From IMG/VR virus record IMGVR_UViG_3300033821_000049, positions 1-55,196 of that record: a stretch of DNA of 55,196 nucleotides. One strand, 5' to 3'. Origin of the DNA: a virus. Its lineage: Duplodnaviria > Caudoviricetes. Below the pieces are notes generated by a model. The model ran no database searches, was not told where the DNA came from, and saw only the letters and a list, made by a program, of their open reading frames with translations. Below are positions 9,977-20,506 of the stretch, piece by piece (the stretch's first letter is position 1; each line of letters starts with the position of its first letter). A program made the translations under genes and the position numbers.

Positions 9977-10750
9977 ATGATATCAATAATAACAGCATAT
10001 TATAATAGAAAAAAGCAATTTTATGAAACTCTTAAATCGATTGCAAAATCAAAATATAAAGATTTTGAATTAATTGTTGTTGATGATGGGAGTCTGCCCG
10101 AACATCGCTTGGAAGAATATCTTACCTTGTTTTCGTTTTTAAAAATAATTAGAATTGAACCAAAAGATAAATGGTATGTAAATTCGTGCATACCCTTTAA
10201 TGTTGGCATACGTGCTGCTACTGGTAATATAATAATACTTCAAAATCCAGAGTGTTTACATGTACATGATATACTTACATATATTAATGAGAATATTAAT
10301 GATACTAATTATATTGCAATATCAACATATGCAATGGATGAAAATTTAACCAATAATTTACCAACATTATTAAATGATAATTTCATTCAATATTTTAAAT
10401 CATTACCACAAAAGTTTATTGGTGGCAATCCTTGGAATGGATGGTATTGCCATTCAAAATATAGACCAGAGTATTTTCATTTTTGTGCTGCAATAACTAA
10501 AAAAAACATGAAATTACTTAATGGTTTTGATGAAAGATATGCAAATGGTATTGCATGTGATGATGCTGAATTTGTTATTAGAGTTGGAAGATTAGGGTTA
10601 AATAAGATAATATGTGATGATCTTTCTGTAATACATCAATGGCATCCTACTTATTATTATGCACTTCCGAATGCAAGTAATTTGCGTGAAATAAATGGTG
10701 CTATGTTGAATATAACAAAAAATGAAACGGGATATAGGGTAAATAATTAA
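9977..10750 (+). CDS. Glycosyltransferase family 2
   Basis: ISIITAYYNR, IVVDDGS, GFDERY...DDAEF. Confidence 0.85.
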   Translation: MISIITAYYNRKKQFYETLKSIAKSKYKDFELIVVDDGSLPEHRLEEYLTLFSFLKIIRIEPKDKWYVNSCIPFNVGIRAATGNIIILQNPECLHVHDILTYINENINDTNYIAISTYAMDENLTNNLPTLLNDNFIQYFKSLPQKFIGGNPWNGWYCHSKYRPEYFHFCAAITKKNMKLLNGFDERYANGIACDDAEFVIRVGRLGLNKIICDDLSVIHQWHPTYYYALPNASNLREINGAMLNITKNETGYRVNN

Positions 10751-10763
10751 GAAATAAATTAAA

Positions 10764-12653
10764 ATGGGTGGCAAACAATCTGGATATATAAAAAAAAGTA
10801 AATATTTTAAATATGGTAAATCAATTATACCAGAAACTGCATCAATAATATCACAAACAATGAATGAAAGAGATAAATTAAGAATATACGGCAAAACATT
10901 ACCAGTCGTAAAGCCAGTAACACATAAAGCAATCAACCCAAATCAATCTTTTTCGTTGTCAAGACCAATACCAAAAAGAATATTTTTTTATTGGGGTGGT
11001 AGCGATATGTCTTGGATGAGATACATGACATTATATTCATTTAGAAAAATGAATCCTGATTGGGAAGTAATATTATATGTGTCAGATAATAATCAAAAAG
11101 AAAAAGGTTGGAAAAGTAAAGAAAACCAAGATTATCATCAATATAAAGGTGATAATTATTTTAATAAACTTAACGATTTAAATATAAAAATAGAAAAAGC
11201 CGAATTTCCTGAAGAAATACGAGAAAATTTAAAAAACATATCACCAATACATCAAAGTGATTTGTTTAGATATTATCAATTATATTTAAATGGTGGTTTT
11301 TATTGTGATATGGATGTGTTGTTTTTTAAACCAATAGATAAGTTTTATAATACAATAATCAGGGGTGGTTATGATACAATAATACACGAATATAAAACAT
11401 TATCCGGATATTCAAGAACGATTGGTTTTTTGGGTGCATCGGTAAATAATGAATATTATAAAAATTTATTCGAATTTGGAATTAATACATATAATAATAT
11501 TAATAATTTGGAATCTGACTATCAATCGATGGGAGTGGTTTTAATTAATAAAATGTTTAATAAGGAAGTATCTTCTTCGTTATTATTAGATAAAATAATT
11601 TTAAAATATCCTAATTTAAATTTTTATAATTTGCCAACAACATTAATATATAATTTTGATTTTACAGAAATAACAAAATGTTTCACCCAAAAAATTGGAA
11701 TAAATCAATTTAATTATAATTCAATTGGATATCACTGGTATGGCGGTGGTGTGGAATCACAGAAATACAACAGCATTTTAAATGAAAAAAATTATAAAGA
11801 ACATAATACAACATTTTCCACAATTGCTGATGAAGTAATTAATATGAAAGCAGATAATATAGTTCATATAGTGTTTAAAAATAGCGAATGTCCTAAAGTA
11901 TCAATAATACTAACATCATTTAATAGATCAAAATTATTAAATTTAGGATTATCTTCTATTGCTAAACAAAAAATTGATTATCCGTTAGAAATAGTTGTTA
12001 TAAATGATGGCATGGATGATGATACAGAAAATGTGTGTGATTTTCATAAAAATAATTTAAATATAAAATATATATTTTCTGGGCATAGGAATGTAAATGG
12101 TATAATATATCGTTCTTCGCCAATACCTATAAATATTGGTATTAAAAATTCTGAGGGAGATATCATTATATTATCTTGTGCAGAAATATTTCATCTTAAT
12201 GATAGTATAAATAAAATTATTAACCCATTATTTGAAAATCATAATTATTTAACAATACCAGAATCTATGTATTTTGATAATTCTAATCAATATACTGATG
12301 ATTTGGTAAAAAATAATACATCAACTAAATTAAATACTTGTGAACTTAGGACAGACTATGTGCAAATGCCGTTTTTAATGGGTATTTGGAAACAAAATGT
12401 AATGGATATTGGTGGATATGATGAAGATTTAATTGGATACGCTTCTGAGGATAACGATTTTGTTGATAGATTATTATTGAAGGGATGCAAACATTATAGA
12501 GTGGATGCTAAAATAATACATTTATATCACGGAAAGAGATGTTCAGGTGTTGCAGAATTAAATAACCCAAAATGGGTATATAATAATAAAATATATAAAG
12601 AAAGAAAGGGTATTTTAATTAGAAATACTGGTAGAGAATGGGGAGTAATGTAA
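10764..12653 (+). CDS. Fused GT32-like (DxD) and GT2 glycosyltransferase
   Basis: IPKRIFFYW...SDLFRY..LY..GGFYCDMD, then VSIILTSFNR, VINDG, GGYDED..GY.SEDND. Confidence 0.8.
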   Translation: MGGKQSGYIKKSKYFKYGKSIIPETASIISQTMNERDKLRIYGKTLPVVKPVTHKAINPNQSFSLSRPIPKRIFFYWGGSDMSWMRYMTLYSFRKMNPDWEVILYVSDNNQKEKGWKSKENQDYHQYKGDNYFNKLNDLNIKIEKAEFPEEIRENLKNISPIHQSDLFRYYQLYLNGGFYCDMDVLFFKPIDKFYNTIIRGGYDTIIHEYKTLSGYSRTIGFLGASVNNEYYKNLFEFGINTYNNINNLESDYQSMGVVLINKMFNKEVSSSLLLDKIILKYPNLNFYNLPTTLIYNFDFTEITKCFTQKIGINQFNYNSIGYHWYGGGVESQKYNSILNEKNYKEHNTTFSTIADEVINMKADNIVHIVFKNSECPKVSIILTSFNRSKLLNLGLSSIAKQKIDYPLEIVVINDGMDDDTENVCDFHKNNLNIKYIFSGHRNVNGIIYRSSPIPINIGIKNSEGDIIILSCAEIFHLNDSINKIINPLFENHNYLTIPESMYFDNSNQYTDDLVKNNTSTKLNTCELRTDYVQMPFLMGIWKQNVMDIGGYDEDLIGYASEDNDFVDRLLLKGCKHYRVDAKIIHLYHGKRCSGVAELNNPKWVYNNKIYKERKGILIRNTGREWGVM

Positions 12654-12666
12654 TTATTATGTTGAT

Positions 12667-13272
12667 ATGGACACAATGAAATTAAATATTAATGATAAAT
12701 ATATTGATGAATTCCCTGACGAATTTAAAAAATCTTATTTAGATTTTAAAAATGGTTTGTTCGATACTGAAGAATGGGGCAGTCATCAGCCATTATTAAT
12801 TCATTTAGTAAACACAATTACAGAAGGAAGCGTAATTGAACTTGGCATGGGAGATAATAGTACTCCATTATTGCATCTGTTGTGTGAAAAATTAAGAAGA
12901 AAATTATTTAGTTATGATTTTGATAATAATTGGTATAATAAATATAAATTATATGAAAATGATAATCACAAACTGTTTTTATTAGACGAAAATTTATTTC
13001 GTAATAACAAATATAATTTTGATAGAAGTACAATAATGTTTATTGACTCACATCCTGATTGGACAAGACAACACGCAATATATTTTTTAAGGAATTATGC
13101 TGATTATTTTATTGTGCACGACACTTCATATGTAAAAGATGGTGTTGTTTGTTCGGATAATAATTATGATTTTGACTTTTTTAAAAATGTCTTACATTTC
13201 AATAAAGTAAGCAGAGTATCAACTCTTTTTACAAATAAAGATATAACGGAAGAATTAAATAAAATTTTTTAA
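12667..13272 (+). CDS. Putative SAM-dependent methyltransferase
   Basis: VIELGMGDNST, FIDS, IVHDT. Confidence 0.55.
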   Translation: MDTMKLNINDKYIDEFPDEFKKSYLDFKNGLFDTEEWGSHQPLLIHLVNTITEGSVIELGMGDNSTPLLHLLCEKLRRKLFSYDFDNNWYNKYKLYENDNHKLFLLDENLFRNNKYNFDRSTIMFIDSHPDWTRQHAIYFLRNYADYFIVHDTSYVKDGVVCSDNNYDFDFFKNVLHFNKVSRVSTLFTNKDITEELNKIF

Positions 13273-13284
13273 TTAAATTGTTTT

Positions 13285-14067
13285 ATGAATAAAGTATTAG
13301 TGATAGGTGATGGTTGTAAAGATGTGTTTCAATATGGAAAGTGTGAAAGGTTAAGTCCTGAAGCACCTGTACCTATATTTAAACCGACAAAAGCCACAAA
13401 TAATGGTGGTATGGCAGTAAATGTGTATAATAATTTAATCGCATTGGGTGTTGACTGTGATATTTTAACCGAGAGTGGTATAACCAAAACTCGTTATGTT
13501 GATGAAGTCAGTAATCAGATGTTGCTTAGAGTTGATGAGAATGATGAAATTTTTGTTAGTCAAAATATGTACGATAAAATCAAGAATTTTGATTATAGTA
13601 TATATGATGCAATAGTTATATCTGATTATGATAAAGGGTTATTAAGTGAAAAAATGATAAAACGTATTGCAGATAATTATCCTTTAGTTTTTATGGACAC
13701 CAAGAAGAAAATTGATGAATGGGCATGGAATGTTAAATATATTAAAATAAATGAAAAAGAATTTAATCAAAATCAAGAATATTTAATGTATAAACATCCA
13801 AATGATGTAATTGTAACATTGGGTAAAAACGGTGCAAAACGTTATTGGAATTATAATGGTGAATGTAAAATTGATTCATTTCCAAATATAAGTGAGCATC
13901 CAGTACGTGATCTTACAGGTGCTGGTGATACTTTTTTTGCAGGACTTGTTGCAAAATTCATAGAAAATAACGATATTTGTGATGCAATTATTTTTGCCAA
14001 TAAGTGTGCTGCATGGGCAGTTACACAAAAAGGTGTGGCAGTGGTTGATAGATATAAAATTAAATAA
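13285..14067 (+). CDS. hldA: D-glycero-beta-D-manno-heptose-7-phosphate kinase (PfkB family, HldE/RfaE kinase domain)
   Basis: VLVIGD..D....G...RLSPEAPVP, ISDYDKG, DLTGAGDTF. Confidence 0.85.
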   Translation: MNKVLVIGDGCKDVFQYGKCERLSPEAPVPIFKPTKATNNGGMAVNVYNNLIALGVDCDILTESGITKTRYVDEVSNQMLLRVDENDEIFVSQNMYDKIKNFDYSIYDAIVISDYDKGLLSEKMIKRIADNYPLVFMDTKKKIDEWAWNVKYIKINEKEFNQNQEYLMYKHPNDVIVTLGKNGAKRYWNYNGECKIDSFPNISEHPVRDLTGAGDTFFAGLVAKFIENNDICDAIIFANKCAAWAVTQKGVAVVDRYKIK

Positions 14068-14068
14068 T

Positions 14069-14446
14069 ATGATAGACATTACACACATAAGTAATAAAAA
14101 TATTCATGTACCAAAAGCATGGGGTGAAGAAGTTGTTATTCATAATGGTGATGATTATTGTGGAAAATTATTACGTTTTAGAAAAGGTGGTATGTTCAGC
14201 ATGCATTTTCATTCACTAAAGACTGAATCATGGTATGTTAATTACGGTAATTTTGTTTTAGCATATATTGACACTAAAACTGCTGATAGAAGATTAACTA
14301 ATTTAGTTAAAGGCGATATCGTACATATTGAACGTAATACTCCACATCAACTTAAAGCACTTGAAGAAGGTGAAATATTTGAAGTTAGCACACCACATAT
14401 GGATGAAGATAGTTATAGAATAGAGAAAGGAGATAGCCAATTATAA
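14069..14446 (+). CDS. Cupin-domain protein (sugar isomerase-like); start moved to ATG 14069
   Basis: VPKAWGEE...YCGKLL...SMHFH..KTESWYV...PHQL...EVST; the ATG directly follows the kinase stop. Confidence 0.75.
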   Translation: MIDITHISNKNIHVPKAWGEEVVIHNGDDYCGKLLRFRKGGMFSMHFHSLKTESWYVNYGNFVLAYIDTKTADRRLTNLVKGDIVHIERNTPHQLKALEEGEIFEVSTPHMDEDSYRIEKGDSQL

Positions 14447-15387
14447 TGGTAATATTCGTTGACATAGATGGTACAATTTGTCATACTGAGGGCGGTTATG
14501 TAAATGCAATACCAATTGTAAGTGCAATTCATAAAATAAATCGTCTTTATGAAATGGGACATAACATAACTTATTGGACTGCAAGAGGAAAAAGTAGTGG
14601 TATTGATTGGTCTGAGTTAACGAAAGCACAGTTAAAAGAATGGGGATGTTTATATCATAAATTAAGTTTTGATAAACCTGCTTATGATTGCATTCTGGAT
14701 GACAAAGCACTTAAAATGAGAGATGTTAGATTAGGTGTTGTTGGTGGTGTATCTGGAATATATAAAATTGAATCAAAAACAGATTCAAATAAATTTTATA
14801 TTGGTAGTTCAAAAGATATAATTGAACGATGGAGTAATCATCTTTATCATTTAGAAAAAAATAAACACCATTCTTCAATTTTACAGAATCATTATAATGA
14901 ATATGGAAGAAATGATTTATTATTTTCAATTATTGAAGAATGTAATATTGAATGTTTAATTGATAAAGAACGTGAATATTTAAAAAATTTAAAACCATAT
15001 TTTAATATTTATCAAGAACCGGGCAGTCCTAAAAATCATCATTTTTCCGATGAAGCAAGAAAAAATATGGGTAAAGCACATCTTGGTAAAAAACAGTCAG
15101 AAAAAACGAAAAGAAAAAGAAGTTTGTCAATGATGGGTCATTCGGTAAGTAAAGAAACTATTACTAAAATTGTTGAAAAAAGAAAAAATTATAAGCATTC
15201 TGAGATAACAAGAAATAAATTAAGAATTACAAGTACTGGTAATAAAAATGCGGTGGGACATAAAATGACACCTGAACAGTTGGAAAAGAATAGAGAAAGA
15301 GGAAAGGAACAAATAAAAAACATTAAAAGAAACGATAAGGGACAATTAATGAAAAAAATTATAGTATTAACCAATATAAATCAATGA
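14446..15387 (+). CDS. HAD-family phosphatase fused in frame to a GIY-YIG/NUMOD3 homing endonuclease
   Basis: N-terminal FVDIDGTI...WTARG...KPAYD..LDDKA; then SGIYKI...FYIGSS and H.FS.E.R..M..AHLG NUMOD3-like repeats. Confidence 0.8.
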   Translation: MVIFVDIDGTICHTEGGYVNAIPIVSAIHKINRLYEMGHNITYWTARGKSSGIDWSELTKAQLKEWGCLYHKLSFDKPAYDCILDDKALKMRDVRLGVVGGVSGIYKIESKTDSNKFYIGSSKDIIERWSNHLYHLEKNKHHSSILQNHYNEYGRNDLLFSIIEECNIECLIDKEREYLKNLKPYFNIYQEPGSPKNHHFSDEARKNMGKAHLGKKQSEKTKRKRSLSMMGHSVSKETITKIVEKRKNYKHSEITRNKLRITSTGNKNAVGHKMTPEQLEKNRERGKEQIKNIKRNDKGQLMKKIIVLTNINQ

Positions 15388-15821
15388 ATATTTGGACAAA
15401 TGGATGCTTTGATATTTTACATACAGGGCACATAGATTTATTATGGTATGCGAAATTATTTAATCCTGAATTATTATTATTCCCAATACAAAGACCTATT
15501 TGGACAAATAAATTATTTGTTGGAATTGATAGTGATGAAAGAGTTAAGAAATTGAAAGGAGATAAACGACCAATTAATGACCTTAACACAAGGTTAACAA
15601 TAATACGCAATTTAAGAATGGTTGATAAAGTATTTATATTCAATACAGATGATGAATTGAGAGATTTAGTTAAAGCATTAAATATTGATATTATGATTGT
15701 TGGCGATCAATACAAGGATAAAGAAGTAATTGGATATGAAAACTCAAAATATGGTGTGATATATTATCCCGTTGATAGTCGTTCAACGACAAATATTATT
15801 GAAAAAATTAAGAACTTATGA
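15384..15821 (+). CDS. hldC: Heptose-1-phosphate adenylyltransferase (HldE/RfaE nucleotidyltransferase domain)
   Basis: TNGCFDILHTGH, VGIDSDERVKKLKG..RPIN, STTNII. Confidence 0.85.
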   Translation: MNIWTNGCFDILHTGHIDLLWYAKLFNPELLLFPIQRPIWTNKLFVGIDSDERVKKLKGDKRPINDLNTRLTIIRNLRMVDKVFIFNTDDELRDLVKALNIDIMIVGDQYKDKEVIGYENSKYGVIYYPVDSRSTTNIIEKIKNL

Positions 15822-16780
15822 TAGTTGTAACAGGTGGTGAAGGATTTATAGGTAAAAATCTTGTTAAAAAGTTAGAGAGACAAGGCTATGTCGGTGTTGT
15901 AAGTCTTGATACAAAAACTGAAAATCTTGGTTTTATTTATTCTTGGCTTTTAACCTATGCCGAGCAAATTGATTGTATATTTCATCTTGGAGCAATCACT
16001 GATACAACTGTTATGGACAAAAACTTGTTTGATGAATATAATGTTGAATCTTCAATTTTTATCTGGAATTTATGTTCAGATTGGGATATACCATTGATTT
16101 ATGCAAGTTCTGCAGCAACATATGGTGATGGTAAAGAAGGATTTGATGATGAAAAAAATATTCTTAATTTAAAACCTCTTAATCCATATGGCTGGTCAAA
16201 ACAACAATTTGATATATGGGTATTAGAGCAAAAACAACAACCACCAAACTGGTATGGTCTGAAATTTTTCAACGTATATGGTTATGGAGAAGCACATAAA
16301 GGTGATATGGCATCAGTTGTATATCAAAAATATCTTGAAATTAAGGCAAATGATAAAGAATTTGAACGTAAGGTTAATGAATACGGTGCATATAGTGGCT
16401 ATTATTTTGTAAATTTATTTAAATCACATCGTCCAGATTATGAAAATGGTGAACAAAAAAGAGATTTCATTTATGTTGATGACATAGTTGATGTTTGTTT
16501 ATTTTTATACAATAAAAAACCACTTTCTGGTATATATAATGTCGGTACAGGCAAAGCACGTACATTTAATGATTTGGTAAAAGCAGTATTTAAAAGTCTT
16601 GGCAGAGAACAAAATATTAAATATATTGACATCCCCAATAAAATCAGAGATAAATATCAATATTTTACTGAGGCAAAGACAGATAAATTGAGGTATACCG
16701 CAGGATACACAGCAATGTTTCATGAGTTAGAAGATGGAGTTTTGAAGTATATAAATAAATTAAAAAATGAAAATAGGTAA
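15818..16780 (+). CDS. rfaD: ADP-L-glycero-D-manno-heptose-6-epimerase
   Basis: IVVTGGEGFIG, FHLGAITDTT, YASSAATYG, PLNPYGWSK, FFNVYG..E.HKG.MASV, RDFIYV, YQYFTEA. Confidence 0.9.
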   Translation: MIVVTGGEGFIGKNLVKKLERQGYVGVVSLDTKTENLGFIYSWLLTYAEQIDCIFHLGAITDTTVMDKNLFDEYNVESSIFIWNLCSDWDIPLIYASSAATYGDGKEGFDDEKNILNLKPLNPYGWSKQQFDIWVLEQKQQPPNWYGLKFFNVYGYGEAHKGDMASVVYQKYLEIKANDKEFERKVNEYGAYSGYYFVNLFKSHRPDYENGEQKRDFIYVDDIVDVCLFLYNKKPLSGIYNVGTGKARTFNDLVKAVFKSLGREQNIKYIDIPNKIRDKYQYFTEAKTDKLRYTAGYTAMFHELEDGVLKYINKLKNENR

Positions 16781-17402
16781 CATCATTTACGAAAAAGAAC
16801 TGGTAAATCACACTCAGGTTGATTACATTAACTATTTCAATAAGCCACAAAATTACAATAGCGTTGATAAAACTTTGCCGACATTATATGTGGGATGGTC
16901 GTTCATGAAGGCTTGTAATGAATTTAATGATATTATTCAGAACGCCAATATTCTTCATAAGAAAATAATTGCAAATGAGTTATATTGGGAATGCAGTTTT
17001 GAAGAAAGTAAGTCGTCACATGTTAAGGGCATTGAAAAATTTGTTAGCTTAGTACCACAATTTTATTTTCAGCCGAAATATACATATATTAATTTAGACC
17101 CATTATTTTTTCAAATAACTGATATAGAAGGTTTAATGGATGTTCTCCCAAAAGAAATTGATTTTTTATATAATTTTAAAAATGAAATGATTTATTTATT
17201 GTCAGACAATAAAATCACAGGTATTGATTTGAAAATGTATCATTTTTATAAATTCAACACTTTTGAAATTCTTGCAAGAATACAAGAAAGAACAAAAAAA
17301 TATCAGAATGATTTAGATGGTAACACATATCTATCATATTATAAAATACTTCCAGATTTTTCTCACCTTAAAAGATATCTAATAGTTATATTGTCAAATT
17401 GA
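16767..17402 (+). CDS. Hypothetical phage protein
   Basis: 211-aa ORF overlapping the rfaD stop; LPTLYVGW motif, no recognised family. Confidence 0.6.
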   Translation: MKIGNIIYEKELVNHTQVDYINYFNKPQNYNSVDKTLPTLYVGWSFMKACNEFNDIIQNANILHKKIIANELYWECSFEESKSSHVKGIEKFVSLVPQFYFQPKYTYINLDPLFFQITDIEGLMDVLPKEIDFLYNFKNEMIYLLSDNKITGIDLKMYHFYKFNTFEILARIQERTKKYQNDLDGNTYLSYYKILPDFSHLKRYLIVILSN

Positions 17403-17468
17403 ATAATTGTTAACCGTATTTTTTAATATGAATTTCTTCAATTTCGGAGTATTTATATTAAAAACATT

Positions 17469-18527
17469 ATGAGAAAGAGTAGAAATTATTGGAATAAAAA
17501 GAATTCGTTTGAAATTGCACTAAAGTTTAATAATAAAAGAGATTTTAAAAAAGCGCATATTGCTGCCTATGAATTGTTAAGGAAGAACGGGTGGTTAGAT
17601 GTGGCATGCCTTCATATGAAAGATATTAGTCATCTAATAAAATGGACTTTTGAAAAATGTAAAGAAGAAGCGTTAAAGTATAATAAAAAAATAGAATTTA
17701 AAAACAAAAATAGTTGGGGTTATGCTATAGCTAAACAGAATGGATGGTTAGATGAAATAACATCACATATGATAAAATATAAACATGTAACTCCCATACA
17801 ATGGACTAAGGAAAAATGTCAGAGTGAAGCATTAAAATATAATAAAAGAATTGATTTTTATAGAAATTCTTCAAAAGCATATGCTGTTTGTGTTAGAAAT
17901 GGTTGGCTTAATGATGTTTGTCAACACATGAATGCGCCACATAGTAGTCAGTTTAAATGGACAAAAGAAAAATGTCGAATAATTGCATTAAAATATCAAT
18001 ATCGAAAAGAATTTCAGATGGGTGATAATAATGCATATTGCGCTGCTAAATATAATAAATGGTTAGATGAGATATGTCAACACATGACAAGATGTGGTGA
18101 TAGAAAACATAAATGCATTTATTCTTATGAATTTTCAGATAATCGTGTATATGTTGGTTTAACATATAACATTAATATTCGAGACAAAAGTAGAAGGTAT
18201 GAAGATAAAGATGCTGTTATTTTACATATAAATAAAACTGGTTTAATACCGAATTTAAAGCAATTAACAGATTATGTTCCTGTTACCGAAGCTATTGTTT
18301 TAGAAGGAAAATATTTACAAAAATATATTGATGAAGGATGGGTTATTTTAAATAGAACCAAAACTGGCGGAATCGGTGGTTATAATTCAGTATGGAATTT
18401 TAATCGAGTTAAAAAAATTACGTCAAAATACGAGAATTTGAAATCTTTTATGAGTAATGATAGTTATTTATATAAAATTGTAAAAAAAGAAGGATGGATA
18501 TATTCTTTATTTCCAAATGAAATTTAG
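17469..18527 (+). CDS. GIY-YIG-like homing endonuclease, paralog of 6375-7448
   Basis: Four WT.EKC..EALKY...GWL..C.HM repeats plus CIYSYEFSDNRVYVGLT...LNRTKTGGIGG. Confidence 0.7.
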   Translation: MRKSRNYWNKKNSFEIALKFNNKRDFKKAHIAAYELLRKNGWLDVACLHMKDISHLIKWTFEKCKEEALKYNKKIEFKNKNSWGYAIAKQNGWLDEITSHMIKYKHVTPIQWTKEKCQSEALKYNKRIDFYRNSSKAYAVCVRNGWLNDVCQHMNAPHSSQFKWTKEKCRIIALKYQYRKEFQMGDNNAYCAAKYNKWLDEICQHMTRCGDRKHKCIYSYEFSDNRVYVGLTYNINIRDKSRRYEDKDAVILHINKTGLIPNLKQLTDYVPVTEAIVLEGKYLQKYIDEGWVILNRTKTGGIGGYNSVWNFNRVKKITSKYENLKSFMSNDSYLYKIVKKEGWIYSLFPNEI

Positions 18528-18566
18528 ATAATTGTTGAGTATTTATAGTAAATAAATTAATTTATT

Positions 18567-18758
18567 ATGAAAGATAAAATAAAAAAAGCACTTGATGATT
18601 TTGTCAACCCTCCTGAGACTGAAGAAGAATTAGCTGAAAAGGCAAAAAATGAGAATGTAAAAAAAGTTGTTCTTGATGAACGTGAAGGTTTAATCGAGAG
18701 AGTGGACCGCATCTATGTAACCAAAGAGGGAAAACAACTTCTTCGTGAGATATACTAA
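18567..18758 (+). CDS. Small hypothetical protein
   Basis: 63-aa ORF after a GTATTTAT motif, with a good translation context. Confidence 0.6.
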   Translation: MKDKIKKALDDFVNPPETEEELAEKAKNENVKKVVLDEREGLIERVDRIYVTKEGKQLLREIY

Positions 18759-18770
18759 TAATATTCGACA

Positions 18771-19562
18771 ATGAAAAATGAAAAAAAAGATAATCTTTTA
18801 GCGGAACATCTAAGGAAGATTAAATATCGTGTTGGTTATAAAATCAACGAAACTCCTAAATATCGTCCACTGGTAAATGATAATGAGGAGTTTGATGCTG
18901 TTCCAGATAGTATATATGCTACGAAGGACGGTCAACCAGTTCCTACAAGTCAGGGATTAACTAATGAAGCTGGTGATCAAGAAGATGCTCCGAAACCAGA
19001 AGGACAAGAACCTCCTGCGCCTTCGAATGATCAACCACAAAATACAGATGCGCCACAAGCAGGTGCTCCAGTTGATGCTCCAGTGCCAGCATTTGATAAA
19101 ACAGGTGGCAACGATCAACTACCGCCACCAGAAGGCGATATACCTATTAATCCAATGGGTGATGATATGAATGCTCCTGACCCATCACAAGAAGTAAATA
19201 GAATGCAAAACGATATTATTAAACATAATATTGAAGCAATGAAAAGCATTCATGACCAATTAGAAAGTCTTAATGCAACTGTTCAGGCTTTAAACGCACA
19301 GTCAAAAACACTTAGTGCTGAAGTTGAAGAAGTTCGTGAACCTACAAATACTGAGAAACTTATGAGCAAGAAAAACGTAAGTTATCCTTATTATTTTAAT
19401 TTAAATGATTTCTGGAATGGTAACTGGTTTACAGAACAAAGAGAAAAAGAACATGAAAAAGGTATTAATGAATTACCAGACGGTACATTTGTTGCCGATT
19501 TCGATGATTTACCACAAAAATCTAAAATTGATGTACAAAACAGTTTTAATGAAATAAACTAA
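18771..19562 (+). CDS. Hypothetical acidic/Pro-rich coiled-coil protein (putative head/scaffold)
   Basis: Low-complexity P/D/E linker, coiled coil, SYPYYFNLNDFW motif. Confidence 0.55.
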   Translation: MKNEKKDNLLAEHLRKIKYRVGYKINETPKYRPLVNDNEEFDAVPDSIYATKDGQPVPTSQGLTNEAGDQEDAPKPEGQEPPAPSNDQPQNTDAPQAGAPVDAPVPAFDKTGGNDQLPPPEGDIPINPMGDDMNAPDPSQEVNRMQNDIIKHNIEAMKSIHDQLESLNATVQALNAQSKTLSAEVEEVREPTNTEKLMSKKNVSYPYYFNLNDFWNGNWFTEQREKEHEKGINELPDGTFVADFDDLPQKSKIDVQNSFNEIN

Positions 19563-19563
19563 T

Positions 19564-20046
19564 ATGAAAAAGGATGATAAAAGAAAACTGTTTGAAGTTT
19601 TTGAAAAAGTAAATAAAATCAATCTCAAAGAATGGTATGATGATGATTATGGTAAAGCACCACAAGCTCCAAAAGGTATTGGTAATTTTAATAATATTGA
19701 TTGGGTAGTATTACATGAACAATTAATGTTAAATACAAATATGATTAGGGCAGGTAATAAAAGTATAGAAAAACATTTAGCCTCTACTGTTAATGATTTA
19801 ACTGATGATGATGGCATGTTAAGTTTAGAAGAATTACAACACCTTGAAAATTTTGGTTTAATTAATATAAATGGTATGTTTTCAAATCTTGGTGGTCAAT
19901 TCCCAATAATTGAAGATAAAAAATATTTTGATTTTAATACGTTTAAAACAAAAGCTGCTGAAATCTGGAATAAAGAAGCACCAGTTCAACAAAGAAATAA
20001 TGATTCTGAAGCACCATATTTAAGAGGTAGAGAACCAGAAAGTTAA
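19564..20046 (+). CDS. Hypothetical protein (putative internal head protein)
   Basis: N-terminal KLFEVFEKVNK..LKE motif shared with the next two genes. Confidence 0.55.
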   Translation: MKKDDKRKLFEVFEKVNKINLKEWYDDDYGKAPQAPKGIGNFNNIDWVVLHEQLMLNTNMIRAGNKSIEKHLASTVNDLTDDDGMLSLEELQHLENFGLININGMFSNLGGQFPIIEDKKYFDFNTFKTKAAEIWNKEAPVQQRNNDSEAPYLRGREPES

Positions 20047-20048
20047 TA

Positions 20049-20495
20049 ATGAAAGTTTTTAATTCATACGGCACACCAGAAAGACTCTTTGAAATGATGA
20101 AAAGGGTTAATAAACTCAATGAAGAAATTCTCCCAACGGAGAAAAAAAATGAGGTTATTAAACAATTTATCGAGTTTCTTAAAGAAAAACTTGGTTTCGA
20201 TGACAATATGCCTGAAATAAAAATATCATATGACGAAAAAGAAGCACCGAGCATGAAGTCTTTCGGTAAATACACACCAGAAACCAATGAATTAAGAGTA
20301 GTTGCCGTAAATAGAAACTTGGCAGATGTATTGAGAACATTGGCACATGAATTAATACATCATATGCAACGTTTAAAAGGAGCATTAGGGCAGAACTCTA
20401 ATGATACTGGCAGTGAGCAAGAAAATGAAGCAAATGCTCTCGCAGGTGTATACATGAGGGAATTTGGAGCTAAGAATCCAATAATTTTTGAATAA
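20049..20495 (+). CDS. Zincin-like metallopeptidase (HExxH)
   Basis: RTLAHELIHHMQ...ENEANALAG. Confidence 0.7.
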   Translation: MKVFNSYGTPERLFEMMKRVNKLNEEILPTEKKNEVIKQFIEFLKEKLGFDDNMPEIKISYDEKEAPSMKSFGKYTPETNELRVVAVNRNLADVLRTLAHELIHHMQRLKGALGQNSNDTGSEQENEANALAGVYMREFGAKNPIIFE

Positions 20496-20506
20496 TAATT
20501 AAAAAA

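Noticed and set aside
7405-16780. Bacterial LPS/capsule locus, i.e. a cellular origin for the window
   Set aside because: It is flanked by baseplate, T4-like replication and tail-fibre genes, with no flippase, polymerase or housekeeping genes; phage context fits better.
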